Shown: piece by piece, positions 36,142 to 49,489 of the stretch | Layout: every line of letters begins with the position of its first letter | Numbering within the stretch: position 1 is the first letter of the stretch | DNA from: Tubiluchus corallicola | Taxonomy: Eukaryota > Animalia > Priapulida | Direction of reading: 5' to 3' | Length of the DNA stretch: 64,000 nt | Assembly (NCBI GenBank): GCA_030141605.1 | Contig: JAQGDQ010000672.1 | Span: 1 to 64,000, forward strand | Made by a program: the position numbers and the translations under genes | The notes under the pieces: model-generated | The model's input: only the letters and a program-made list of their open reading frames with translations | Database searches by the model: none | What the model was told of the DNA's origin: nothing

Positions 36142-36287
36142 CTGGCCAATAACTGGTTCTTAAATCGTTCTGCGTTCAGTTCCTTCCTCAATTGCGCTTT
36201 CGACTTCTCCGCGTTTGGGCAGAGTACGGGATGGTAACACAGGACGGCGGCAGACGGTCGACAAGACGCGTCAGGCTGTATCATAGA
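36142..36287 (-). CDS. WEE1: Wee1 kinase exon 9
   Basis: ttttag / gtaggt; SMIQPDASCRPSAAVLCYHPVLCPNAEKSKAQLRKELNAERFKNQLLAR (subdomain XI plus coiled coil); not in the ORF track. Confidence 0.92.
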
Positions 36288-37314
36288 CTAAAAACAAAAT
36301 AAAGTGCATCATGATTCTGTGAATTGTTGAAGCACAAGAAAACATCCTTCATAAATAAAATTTAAAATATTTCTCTTTATATTTTACATTACTTATATGC
36401 TGTCTTATTGCATGGAGAGCTTGCATTAGCAGTAACGCTGTATAAAAATTGAAAATTTAAACTCCGTCCGGTGCAGCCATTTTAACGGCAGTCGTGTGAA
36501 ACAAGTTTGGATTCCAATGCTTAAAATTTGGGAAAATAATCATAGCATTTGTATCGCACTCTTCCCTAGGTAAGCAAAATTGTAAATTACTTGTCAATAA
36601 AATAAATAATGTGTTTTTTTGGTGAATCAGTGGTGCACACTGGGAAGGCGACGTAGTGCCGTGATACCAGGTGGCACAAACAATTTCAAGTTTCTTTTCC
36701 AGTTACATAAGTGCTTTAAACAGGTAATGCTAAGTAACAAAGTCTCGGCATTCACGTATAAACCAAAAAAGTCGTAAATTTAAACTTTTGAAATATTACT
36801 GTTCAAGAATTAGTCGGAATTTCAGCCTGGCAGACTTTATTAACCTTTTTCGTTATGTTTAAAATAGGTTAATTTTGATAACTCCCTCATATTCACCTGA
36901 CGTCAGGTATGATGTCACAATTAATCATACTCAGGTCAGGGGTGAAGTCTTTTCACACTTGTTAAAACTTTGATGTCAAATATGGAGAAAAATCGCGCAA
37001 AAATTTGCCTCGTTTTATGTTTCACCGATTATCGTGAATTCTTTGGCGTATAATTTAAAATTCGGTTTCCTCGTATTCTGCGCGAGTTTTTGACGTTTCA
37101 TTGTCAAAAGTGCTGAAGACATTTTAAACATTTAGCTCAAGAGATTGTCTTGAATATGTGAACCTCCATGCACAATATTAACAACACAAAAAAATTACTA
37201 GGCAGCTACAGTGACATCTCTACAAAGTACCGAAGGACAACAGATCATCTCTATAATCAATTTTAGCAGTTTCTGGATAAAATTTATATATATATATAAA
37301 TTTTATACAGAAAC

Positions 37315-37357
<43 letters not shown>

Positions 37358-37666
37358 ATTTGTGGCTACAGTACCGACAATGGCACCATATACATATATA
37401 TATATATATATTTATGTATATATACTTTGCAAAAAAAAGAAAAAAATGGCCATTTTTGGAGGTTTTTCGCCCCCGTTCCTCCCGGTGGGCCCGATTCGAA
37501 AAATAAACCCCCAATGGCATGACACTAGATCGAGACCTTTCGTCTGATGTATACATCGCCGCAAATGGTGGCGCCGTAGAGCCGCTGTAGCCTCGAATCT
37601 TATATATATATATATTAAGCCCATACCACCAAAATTAATATATACGATTTAAGATTGGGCACTTAC

Positions 37667-37774
37667 CTTTAACAAGTTTTGAAACTTTTCCGAATAGACT
37701 GGCAAGTATGGCAACTCCCCACTCCTTATACGATGCCACTCAGGTCCATTTTTTGGCAACGAACACCCGCTAGC
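37667..37774 (-). CDS. WEE1: Wee1 kinase exon 8
   Basis: tttcag / gtaagt; ASGCSLPKNGPEWHRIRSGELPYLPVYSEKFQNLLK. Confidence 0.93.
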
Positions 37775-38365
37775 CTGAAAAAAGAATTCGGCGGAACTTA
37801 GAAAGACAAAACGAACTTCGTTTATAAATGCAATCAGCGCAAAATTTCTAACAAAACCCTTGAGCGCTTCTAAGAAATGCGCCACTTCTATAAACGTTTC
37901 ATTTCTTACATTTTTTTAGTTTGGACATAAATTAAACTAAATTGTCTGAAATTAAATTAGCAATTTCATCATACAGTTCACATATTTGTATAAAAATTAA
38001 CATTAGAAAAAACTAAATTCTTTCAACTATGAAGAAGTTTTAAAGCTAATTGCTAAGACACTGATAAATCAAGTAGAATTACAGGTAAGTTTCCTAAACT
38101 TTATTTTATAAATTTTATACTGATACTATACATTGCTCTCATCTCTCACTCTTCTCTCGTCTCTCTCTCTCTCTCTTCTCTCTCCTCTCACCTCTCTCTC
38201 TCTCTCGAGGTGGGGACACCTCACGAGAAAGGATGCAAATTTTCTACAGATAAATATCAAATTGGTAGCTTTATGACAATCTTGTGATTTAGGTGAACAT
38301 TGTATACGTTTTACAGTAAAGTGATTGCAAATTTCTACATATGAACAACCATCATCGATACTAAC

Positions 38366-38625
38366 CGCTTCAAATATGGTTAAACCTAGAGCAAATATGT
38401 CCGCCTTTGGCAAGTGGACGAAATCCTCCTGTAAGATTTCATTCGGCATGTAGCGACAATCCCCCTCCTCGACCCGGGGATTCGTCGACGACGTCACGTG
38501 ACCGAGATCACCAATTTTGTACACTACTCCTCCAAGGTCATCGTCGTCGTCGTCGACATCATCCATCACGCTGTCGTCGTGGTCGTTCTGGCTCGGTTTC
38601 TTGTTATGGACAATAAAGACGTTTC
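38366..38625 (-). CDS. WEE1: Wee1 kinase exon 7
   Basis: gacag / gttagt; NVFI, acidic insert, [28 protein letters not shown] (Wee1-diagnostic EGD). Confidence 0.95.
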
Positions 38626-39047
38626 CTGTCAAGAAAAAGTGCCGAATCTAGAGACCGAAACGTAGCTTACAGACACTAAATCTACAAATTACAAGATCAG
38701 ACGCGTAAAAATGAAGCGTGAGGGCGCTACGTTCAAAAAATACAACAAACAATGCATGATTGTTAAAGGACAAGGCAACTCTTTACGTGCGTGAAGCTGA
38801 AAAAATTGTCTTGAAATTTTTATGTCACTTACGTGCTGCCCTATTGCATACGGAGTTTCCTAGTTGTAATTGAACATTTTAATTAGGTGCTGCCATCTAT
38901 GAACTAATCCTGTTACTCTACCAGCTACTTACCCCCAGTATAATTGTACGGTGCATTCACTGGATCTCTCCCTACTATTAAGTAATAGTGAAGCCTGTCT
39001 GCATAAGTCACCTATACCTACATATACTGACTGGTTTTGCTCTCCAG

Positions 39048-39295
39048 TCACTCTCTAACTCTCAGTGTTCAATGCAGGACACTCTCACTCTCAGTGTTCA
39101 GTGCAGGACACTCTCACTCTCAGTGTTCAGTGCAGGACACTCTCACTCTCAGTGTTCAGTGCAGGACACTCTCACTCTCAGTGTTCAGTGCAGGACACTC
39201 TCACTCTCTAACTCTCAGTGTTCAGTGCAGGACACTCTCACTCTCTAACTCTCAGTGTTCAGTGCAGGACACTCTCACTCTCAGTGTTCAATGCA
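39048..39295. repeat. 29-bp minisatellite, ~7-8 copies, in Wee1 intron 6
   Basis: Unit CTCTCACTCTCAGTGTTCAGTGCAGGACA. Confidence 0.9.
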
Positions 39296-39520
39296 GCAGC
39301 CATGCTACTCATGTGTCTTTAGTTAATAAACACTTTTCTGTTTGTGCAGTGCAAATATGTATTATACATTTTTTATTCTTGTTCTACAAGTGAGTGATCT
39401 ACAACGTTCAACATGACTTTAACAATTTTAATATTGTAGTATGCTTGTAGAAAAACTGACCAAAGCACTTTGTCGTAAATTTTGTTTTTTAGTTTGTGAT
39501 CTATGGATCGTCACGATCCG

Positions 39521-41040
39521 TACTTCAAGTCCTACCTGGTTTTACATCAAGATGGACTAGATTCATTGAATGAATGTACTTCAAGTCCTACCTGGTTTTA
39601 TATCAAGATGGACTAGATTCATTGAGTGAATGTACTTCAAGTCCTACCTGGTTTTACATCAAGATGGACTAGATTCATTGAATGAATGTACTTCAAGTCC
39701 TACCTGGTTTTATATCAAGATGGACTAGATTCATTCAGTGAATGTACTTCAAGCCCTACCTGGTTTTACATCAAGATGGACTAGATTCATTGCATGAATG
39801 TATTTCAAGTCCTACCTGGTTTTACATCAAGATGGACTAGATTCATTGAGTGAATGTACTTCAAATCCTACCTGGTTTTACATCAAGATGGACTAGATTC
39901 ATTGAATGAATGTACTTCAAGCCCTACCTGGTTTTATATCAAGATGGACTAGATTCATTGAATGAATGTACTTCAAGTCCTACCTGGTTTTACATCAAGA
40001 TGGAATAGATTCATTGAATGAATGTACTTCAAGTCCTACCTGGTTTTATATCAAGATGGACTAGATTCATTGAATGAATGTACTTCAAGTCCTACCTGGT
40101 TTTACATCAAGATGGACTAGATTCATTGAGTGAATGTACTTCAAATCCTACCTGGTTTTACATCAAGATGGACTAGATTCATTGCATGAATGTACTTCAA
40201 GTCCTACCTGGTTTTACATCAAGATGGACTAGATTCATTGAGTGAATGTACTTCAAATCCTACCTGGTTTTACATCAAGATGGAATAGATTCATTGAGTG
40301 AATGTACTTCAAATCCTACCTGGTTTTACATCAAGATGGACTAGATTCATTGAGTGAATGTACTTCAAGTCCTATCTGGTTTTACATCAAGATGGAATAG
40401 ATTCATTGAATGAATGTATTTCAAGTCCTACCTGGTTTTACATCAAGATGGAATAGATTCATTGAATGAATGTACTTCAAGTCCTACCTGGTTTTATATC
40501 AAGATGGAATAGATTCATTGAGTGAATGTACTTCAAGTCCTACCTGGTTTTACATCAAGATGGACTAGATTCATTGAGTGAATGTACTTCAAATCCTACC
40601 TGGTTTTACATCAAGATGGAATAGATTCATTGAATGAATGTACTTCAAGTCCACCTGGTTTTATATCAAGATGGACTAGATTCATTGAATGAACATACTT
40701 CAAGTCCTACCTGGTTTTATATCAAGATGGACTAGATTCATTGAATGAACATACTTCAAGTCCTACCTGGTTTTATATCAAGATGGACTAGATTCATTGC
40801 ATGAATGTACTTCAAGTCCTACCTGGTTTTATATCAAGATGGACTAGATTCATTGAATGAATGTACTTCAAGCCCTACCTGGTTTTACATCAAGATGGAC
40901 TAGATTCATTGCATGAATGTACTTCAAGCCCTACCTGGTTTTATATCAAGATGGACTAGATTCATTGCATGAATGTACTTCAAGTCCTACCTGGTTTTAT
41001 GTCAAGATGGACTAGATTCATTGAATGAATGTACTTCAAG
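39521..41040 (-). repeat. 56-bp tandem array, ~27 copies, of the Wee1 exon 6 3' end plus donor site
   Basis: Sense unit TTGAAGTACATTCATTCAATGAATCTAGTCCATCTTGATATAAAACCAG|GTAGGAC, i.e. LKYIHSMNLVHLDIKP plus the donor. Confidence 0.95.
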
Positions 41041-41137
41041 CCCTGAGCAAGCTGCATTGTGATCACCTTTAGCTGATGTTCTGGGAAGGTTTTCTTCGTC
41101 CTGACATTGTCGGCTATCACATCTTGGAGGCTGCCAC
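40991..41137 (-). CDS. WEE1: Wee1 kinase exon 6 (catalytic loop)
   Basis: ttctcag / gtagga; GGSLQDVIADN...QLAQGLKYIHSMNLVHLDIKP-G; phase 1-1. Confidence 0.93.
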
Positions 41138-41277
41138 CTGAGAAAAACATGTCAGGTGTATAAGCAAAAACTGAAGATCAAGACGAATTATGAATTTATT
41201 CCACAGCAACACAAAAACATACATACAAATTGATATTACATTGAAAAAAAATAAACTAAGCGAGTTACTGTAAGGAG

Positions 41278-41765
41278 CAGGGATGAGATTGCAAAAAACT
41301 CTGAAAAAACCGGGGGTTTGGGGGCCGCGAAGCCCCCTTGGAGCCAGCAACAAATTGCAATTTTGTGACCACAGAGAGCCTCTAAGTGGACTTAAAATAT
41401 CAATTACCTTGTTTCATGCATAATTTAAAATACCCAACTATCAAGGATGCATGATACCTAATTGTCTCAAAAACGCCTAAAAGTACTGGCCGCTCCTATG
41501 CAAAAGTATATAAAAACTGTCTGCAATTGACTAAAATAACTATGCACAATTGATTCTATATTTTTATACGTAGAGATATACACGTGGTTACACTGATGTA
41601 CGTGATGTAAACAAAGTGACGGCCTGCCAACTAGCAGTCAGCTTGTGAAATAATGTACTGGGTCCGTAAAAATTTTCTCAATGAATTTACGCGATTTACA
41701 AAAATGGCACTACTGGTCTTCCAGAAACACGGAATTCCGCGTATCTGCAGAAAATTCTCATCCCC
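41278..41765. mobile_element. hAT-like MITE family B, copy 2
   Basis: CAGGGATGAGATT ... ATTCTCATCCC; aligns with 7379-7881. Confidence 0.75.
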
Positions 41766-42519
41766 AAAGGAGGAGGAAGGAGCATTGAGCTTTCGAGTCC
41801 TCCTCCAGATAAGTAAAACAATTGACAATTAACATTACATTTTCATCAGTTATAACGTACATTAGAACAAAATAACTTTTGTTAGTAACTTAAGGTCAGG
41901 ATGAGTAAAATTGTCAGTTAATTATCCCATTGTAGTAGGTAATTCTTTGATGTTTTTTAAATTGATAAAGATTAAGAGTTTTCATTTCACGCGGAATTGA
42001 TGACCATATTTTAATAGCATTATATTTTGATGACTGTTTCAATGCCATTAAAATATGGTCAGACAACATTCATGGTCAGACAACAGGTCACGATTCATTT
42101 GTTATGTGTTTGATTCATCATTCAATGATAAACAATCTGAAAATTAAGATTACAAAAATTACTATTAACCATGCAAATCACCCCTAAATTATTTTAGACA
42201 CTAAATTAACAACAAAAAAGCTGATCTAATTAGTTTGTAATTACAATTGTAATATAGAATATGTCGCAAAACTGGTGTTGTCACGGCAGTGAATTTCTAA
42301 ACCAAAAGTTCTGAGTTCAAGTCTAACCGTAGGACAAGCTTTCTTAAAATTTCTTTCTTTTTATTAATTTTAGTACAGAAATAAAAATTAATTTGGCATG
42401 TCGTATAATTAACGCTAATTGCTATGATTTTCAGGTGCGATTTAACCCAAACCAATACGCTTCTCTGTTATACCAATCAAATACGGGCTGTTGTTTTTCA
42501 GTAAATATAAACGACTTAC

Positions 42520-42641
42520 CATTACAGTATTCATTCTGAATGAGCATGTGGTCGTCTTCCGCCCAGGCTGAGTAGTAACGCACTACGTGCCGGTGCTTCC
42601 CCAAGACAGCGTGAGCGTACACTTCATTTAGCGCATTCTGC
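42520..42641 (-). CDS. WEE1: Wee1 kinase exon 5
   Basis: ttgcag / gtaagt; [40 protein letters not shown]. Confidence 0.96.
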
Positions 42642-42689
42642 CTGCAATGTGGAAACAAAAAACGTTAAACACGTGGGATTTTATTACGG

Positions 42690-43230
42690 AGCAAATATGA
42701 TGATTTTTCATATACTACTCCACTTTCAAATCCGATAAAAAGCCATCCATTTTAACACAACTGATACTGCAAGTGTTTCTGATAATTAAATAATATATTA
42801 CAAACTTAATTAACGGCCTTGCGAGCCCAACTATTGATGACGTCACAAATTAACACAATTTTCAACAGAAAAAATATTCCACAAGCGTGTTGCACGTGTT
42901 TGCAAAAGCAAAACTGAAGTACAGTGCCACTGTAAGATATTCAGTGTGTTGTACTAAAACTAGACAAGTTTTAAGATAAAAATTCAAACTTCAAATTTTT
43001 CCGCTGTGCTCACGCATGAGCTGACGAACGTGTGTAGTTCGTCACAAACTATCACATCTGAACTGTGAGGTACAACACCTGTTTTTTAAGCAACGTGTTT
43101 CTGAAATGCAGGCACTAGTGCCCGTCTAACTAGCGAACGACGAAATGCATGTGAATGCAAAGAACTAGTGATGCGAAAATGAAATTGTGTTTGTGTCATA
43201 ATAAATCAGTCATTCTGGAAAAAATAGTCT
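42690..43230. mobile_element. Family C element, inverted partial copy
   Basis: Reverse-complement similarity to 60230-60720 (e.g. GAGCCCAACTATTGATGACGTCACAAA, AAAACTAGACAAG). Confidence 0.6.
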
Positions 43231-43628
43231 ACTTCCTTTCAATATTTTAAAGAGTAGATTGTTTTGACGTACAGTTTAAGATTGGGTCTGGCTTTACTGT
43301 AAGCAATTTCAAAACTAGTTGACAATATTTCTGACGTGGTCAGAAACTGAAGATTTTGCCAACAATAGTTGTAAAATTCAGCCCTAAAAATGAAAAGACG
43401 ACAGCTTTTTTTGAAAGTGCTCATTTTCTTTTATTGAATTGCTTGAATACGAGGAAAGTGCATTTCTTTTCTTCAATCAATCAATTTATTTCACTCCAGC
43501 AATACATATGCAATACATCAACATACAATATTATTATAAAGTAATGTTTAGGATTTCGCAATGAAACCTCAGCATTTAACTGTTCAGCCCATCACCCACG
43601 GGTCAAAGGTCAACAATCTCCCACTTAC

Positions 43629-43798
43629 TCATAGATGCTGCCAGCAACAGGCTTGACGGAACGTTTGATGGCATACGTGCACCCATCCAGCCGGTTGATG
43701 CATTTAAACACGCTACCGAATTCTCCCTTCCCGATTCGACACACTTCCAGAAATTCTTCATTGTAACGGGAAATGTTATTCTCTCGTAAGGCTATCTT
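43629..43798 (-). CDS. WEE1: Wee1 kinase exon 4 (P-loop)
   Basis: tttgcag / gtaagt; ENNISRYNEEFLEVCRIGKGEFGSVFKCINRLDGCTYAIKRS. Confidence 0.96.
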
Positions 43799-45019
43799 CT
43801 GCAAAAACAAAATTAGATGAATTACGAACTTGAAACAAATACAGGTGGTCATCAACTTACGGCCATAGTCAATTCTGGTTGATTGGCCGTAACAGGAACT
43901 GGACGCAAGTTGGACACGAATACTCAAGGACTGCGCCCCGACGTGTCGTGACGCTAAAGTTGTCACTGGGGTGTTTTGGTGAGAGTCAACAACCGACATT
44001 GGCAGGTTTATTAGACTATTTTTGTAGTTGCGATGTTCATGTTAAACAGATGAAATCACTGGATGAAAGCATGGTTTAACTTTGCGATCTGTATTTTACT
44101 CAAAATCATAGTCTCATAGTCAATCCACATATACCCGAAAATGGTAAACATAATCAACAGTAGCAAACAAAAGTCAAAGTAAATCCACCAGCCAATATAT
44201 CATGGCACCTGAGTCAAAACGTTATTATAACCACACAACTGTTTAAGCCTATTGCTTGTCCTCTAATCTTGCTACCAAGTGTGAAAAACTACTACCTTCT
44301 CAGAGAAGCCCAGTAACCCAGTTCCAACCAAACATATAGCAGTAGCAAGTACATACATATATTGGAAACTTTCAAGTGTACAAACAGATGTCAGCACTGT
44401 CTTAGTGGTAATGAAAAACTAAAGTTTAACACTACAAATCAAAATTAATAATAAACTGTAAATTAAATGCTCGAATCTGCGACAACATGTCAGATGTTCC
44501 GTGCACATGACACGAAGTATGTAAGTGCCGTGAAAGCGGATAGCAATTTTAAATTAATTTGTTAAAAGAAATAATAGCAAGAAGATGTAAGTCATAATTA
44601 GTTTCATGCAATGAATTAATTAAGTTGAATCGGTCAAACAGCCCTAAAGTGCATAATCGGTCAAACAGTCCTAAAGTGCACAATCGGTCAAACAGTCCTA
44701 AAGTGCATAAGTTAAATCATTATAGGCAGAATGACTAGACACCGAAGACACGCATTACGCACAATGGAAAATGCTGATGGCTCTCTCTCCCTCTCAGAGC
44801 GCACGTTTTTCTTACTGCTTCACTTTTTTCGTAGATGGCAAGACAGTTGCCTAAACAGTTTTCCCCCGGGCTTCTTATCTACGGAATTCTCTAACCGGAA
44901 AATGCTACCGGTAATCGTTTTAGACTTTTGCATTATTGCACGCAATTATTTTTCAGGCTGTTTGTTGAATTATTCCACTTTCTAAGCCTAGTTCTAAACT
45001 ATATGAGGTAACAGGACAA

Positions 45020-45105
<86 letters not shown>

Positions 45106-45849
45106 TGTCACTTATATACACATGCTATGGTTGTGCAAAAATTTCCTTACGAATTGTAAACATACTATCAACATTTTCATGTACAGACTACGAACGTTGC
45201 CTTGAAAATCAGTAAATATCTAAAGAATATTTCCGAATTGTAGCGAAGCGTGTCATAGTTGGACATGTGCCGAGCAAGCATAGCAACAGGGATGAAAATT
45301 GAACATTTTAAACAACAATTGAATGGACCACAATACCTGACCAGCAGGGTAAGCAATTACGCAGGCTTAAGCCGTCAAAATTCCATTAAAGTTTATCCAT
45401 CTGTAACAGACCGTTGGTCGAACCAGGAAAGTGGTGACCAGTAGAGAAACAGAAACCACGATCAACAATTTCTGCTGACAAACATGTTTACGCATGTTTG
45501 GAATGCCAGCTTGTAGTAAACAACAGCAAACAACATTACTCAACAAGTGTTAAGGGTCAAACAAACAAACAATGACCCGCTGCCACGCCGGGGATATGAA
45601 TCAACACCAGCTGTACGCACGGCAGCCGTTGCCTGAACTGTGCAAATATTGACAGCAGGTCCAAAGTTTAGAAATCTCGACAAAACGCTGAAATTCGTCT
45701 AGTCAGTGAGTAGGGCTGTCTCTATGCGGCAGCTGAGTCATGCCACAATGCAAATTCCACGCGTTGAGAAGGAAGGGGGTCAAGACACCCCCATATCGTC
45801 AACACTATTTGCACGAGTTTAATGTAGTACAGCTCAGAAGCGTTAGCAT

Positions 45850-46440
45850 ACATATATATATATATATATATATACATACATACATATTAATTCTTTATTT
45901 GTCATTAAAATGGTCCACTCATTATAAAAAAATTGAGTAATCCTCAGCATAATGTTAAGATAACAACACTGTTCTAGACAAATGCGTCCAGTGCATACTA
46001 AAAAAACTAAAGTGCAAAGCTAAGGCCTAATTATATACAATAAATGAACATATTTACAAATACCATATTAAAATATTTTTACAAAACAATATTACAAAAG
46101 TGTATTAAATTTTACATGACATATTTTACACTATATATACATCTGACATTACAAAACTAACATAACATGTATTACATTACATAATTTTTTTTAAAAAATT
46201 TTACATTTTTAATCATTTTATGGAGTCAGGGGCGGGGGTGGATGAAAGTTGAGTCTGTGTAATTAGTAGCAGATGCACAATGTGGAAGTTGAAACCTGTT
46301 ATATTGATATTGTTTTAATTTCTTTTTAAAGTGGTGGAGAGATTCTATTTGTTTTATTTCACTGGGTAGTAAGTTCCATAAATGTATGGCCTGTTTTGAT
46401 ATAGAGTTATTTCCAAATTTATTGTTTACTGTATGTAGAG
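45850..46440 (-). mobile_element. 5'-truncated CR1/L2-like LINE end (ORF2 C-terminus, 3' UTR, AATAAA, (TA)n)
   Basis: SISKQAIHLWNLLPSEIKQIESLHHFKKKLK fits the WNxLP...S...FKxxLK ORF2 terminus; UTR shared with 13480-13950. Confidence 0.75.
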
Positions 46441-46453
46441 TGAGTGTACATAC

Positions 46454-46514
46454 CTTGCAGGGGTGAAAAACTAACTCTTCTTCTTCATCGCTCATTAGTA
46501 CGTCATCATAGCTT
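46454..46514 (-). CDS. WEE1: Wee1 kinase exon 3
   Basis: tttcag / gtatgt; 61 nt; SYDDVLMSDEEEELVFHPCK; supplies the required phase 2 to phase 0 bridge. Confidence 0.8.
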
Positions 46515-47029
46515 CTGAAATAGTAATCAAAAATTAAGTTAATTACCTGCCAAGCAGTGATGGGCAATTAATAGATTAATTGAATTAATCGAGATTACAA
46601 CCACGTAGAAATCGATATAATTGGCGTTTGAACAGTAATTTATTTAATCCAGAGTAAAATATACGTGTTACACACTGACCAAAAGGCAGAGTTTTAGCAC
46701 AAATAAACGGAATCTTTGCATTTTTCTTCGTTTTTCTCACCTTACACAATCAATCAATCAATCAATTTATTTCACGCCAGCAATAGATATAAAATACATC
46801 AACATACAATATTATGTATATAATTTGACACTGTACAGTATATAATTTGATTGATCAGTTTACTTCAGCTGAAAGTCATATACAAATACATTAAAATTTA
46901 AACTATAACACACAATGTTAAAAATCACATTAAATTAGATACAAGAATAAAAAATACATACAAAGCAAAAGTTATCGTATAAAGAATAAGATTGAATGTT
47001 GTATAAAGAGTGAATGTGCAGAGAAAAAT

Positions 47030-47400
47030 GCAGGAGCAGCACTAAATTAAGATTTTTAAGGCATACCGAGTGGAAATGACAAAATTACATAGACACATGC
47101 AAGCCAGAAGAGGTTAAAGATATATTGAAAATAAGACTGAATATGATTAAAGTTAAAGGGAACTACAAGAATGAGTTTAAGGATCAGTTATTATGCCCAG
47201 TGTGTGAGGAAGATGATGACACTACTGAACATATGCTTAGATGTTACAGATATTGAGAATGGAAATTTTTTTTGAACTCAGATGTATTAATGAACAGTGA
47301 AAAGGAAGGATTGCTAGAAATTAGAAATCTAGCGAACGAATGCATGGAATACAGGATAAAGATAAATAAAGACATTAAACTTGGAAAAGACAACTAAAAG
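47030..47400 (+). mobile_element. Decayed LINE ORF2 C-terminal fragment
   Basis: KGNYKNEFKDQLLCPVCEEDDDTTEHMLRC (CxxC...H...C knuckle) surrounded by stops. Confidence 0.55.
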
Positions 47401-48839
47401 ATCAGCGTTATAGAAGAATAGACTTTGCACCCTATAAAGGTGCCCGCCTCTGATAGGTGGAGAGAGTCGAGTATCGCAATCGTTATGTAATTGAACCTTA
47501 CTGTTGTAACATAATATCTAAGAAAAATTACCGAGCGAAAATAATCTCAATTAACCTAAACAACCCATCCATTAAACTCCATTGGTTTACTGAGTCCAAA
47601 ATTACTGATGACCGCAAAAAAGAACCGAAGCATCAAGACTGCAAACTTACTTATCGCAAAAACTGCAATCTTATCCGTCGAAGCAATAAAATCGACATAA
47701 TGGAGAATTAAACATGGCCGAACAGCACGAATCTTCAAAATTTAATCGGGTAAATTCCGAAAACAAATTTGAGTGATTTCTCAACCGTGTGGAAAAGTGC
47801 CACGACTTTCTGATTTTCGTGAAGCAGTTGTTTACGAATTGCACTGACTGAAATGCTAACAACAACAACAACAACAACTAAACAGGTGAGAATTGAAATT
47901 TCCAAGAACATGAATCACCTCCAACACCTGGTGACAAGCAGGGCACTTGAATGCAATTCCATTCATTCCCAACACTCAGACCCATTACCACCCACCTGTG
48001 GAGTTCGTGGTCTAACCTCCACCCCCATTGTCTCACACCTCCTACGACTGCTCGCTCGGACAATAGTGACATCATGCTCAAAACAACACCACAGCTTACT
48101 GGACAGATAATGGACAGAAGTAATCAAGAGATACCACCATCCGTGACCTACTAAACGGTAATCAGACAGGTTCACATGTCACTTATAATGGGGCAGTAGC
48201 CATGACAGTCATTAATAAACATTCTTACCTCAGTGAAAACAAATAGGAACATGTGTGTTCGATTAACCAGGTATTTGGGAAAAACAAACCCTCAATCAGA
48301 CAGATTGACATCTCACTTATAATGGGGCAGTAGCTATGACAGTCATTAATAAACATTCTTACCTTAGTGAAAACCACGGGGGAACACGTGTGTACGATTA
48401 ACCAGGTATTTGGGGAAAACAAAACCCTGGATGTCTAATTAAAAAAAAGTCATTAATGACATTCGACGGGGGGTTTAGGCGTGACAAAGTCACACAATGT
48501 TGTGTCAATTGTAGAGAAAATTCTAACAAAAACAGCTGACTGTCTGCAGCAGGAAGACATTAATTGGTAAAGATGTGTAAGATTTCACACGTCTTTTAAT
48601 CTACCAAATTCACATGGTGTTATTTCACGTAACGCATTGGGGAAAAACGACTCGCATTGTGGTAAGACATTAATGGTTAAAGCACAAAAGATCTGTTAAA
48701 GAAACAGACGCCAAGAAAGCGGCACCCGAACGTGGGAAAATGGAAAATTCCCAACGCGGAAAAACGGTTATCCAAGAGTTACACAAACCGCTACAAAACG
48801 TCGCCTACAGCGTGACGCGGGAACAGTTATTAAAAAAAA

Positions 48840-49489
48840 GCAGCGGTGCCTTAATTAAATCAACAAAAATCGCTACATCTTAACACACAACGTTAAAGAG
48901 AAACAGTTGCTAACACGACACAAACGATTGTTGACTTTCAAGGTAATTAAGGCGTCATTAGAAACAGCAGTGGTACCTTCTTAATTAAATCAATAAAAAT
49001 CGTTACATCTTAGCCCCATAAGGTTAAAGAGAAACAGTTGCTAACACGACACAAACGATTGTTGACTTTCAAGGTAATTACGGCGTCATTAGAAACAGCA
49101 GCGGTACCTTAATTAAATCAACAAAAATCGCTACATCTCAACACACAAAGTTAAAGAGAAACAGTTGCTAACACGACACAAACGATTGTTGACTTTCAAG
49201 GTAATTAAAGCGGTATTAGAAACAGCAGCGGTACCTTCTTAATTAAATCAATAAAAATCGTTACATCTTAGCCCCATAAGGTTAAAGAGAAACAGTTGCT
49301 AACACGACACAAACGATTGTAGACCTTCAAGATAATTAAGGCGTAACGTTATATTAGAAACAGCAGCGGTACCTTCTCATTTAAATCAACAAAATTGCTA
49401 CATTTTAGCCCCACAAGGTTAAAGAGAAACAGTTGCTAACACGACACAAACGATTGTTGACTTTCAAGGTAATTAAGGCGTAACGTTAC
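48840..49489. repeat. ~130-bp tandem repeat, 5 copies
   Basis: AAACAGTTGCTAACACGACAC recurs at about 48901, 49032, 49159, 49290 and 49427. Confidence 0.9.

Noticed and set aside
38126-38365. C-terminal extension of the 168-aa kinase ORF suggesting a truncated Wee1
   Set aside because: Intron read-through; exons 8-10 complete the kinase in frame
39521-41040. CRISPR-like array or mutually exclusive catalytic exons
   Set aside because: No unique spacers and eukaryotic context; units have no intron space or pyrimidine tract to act as separate exons
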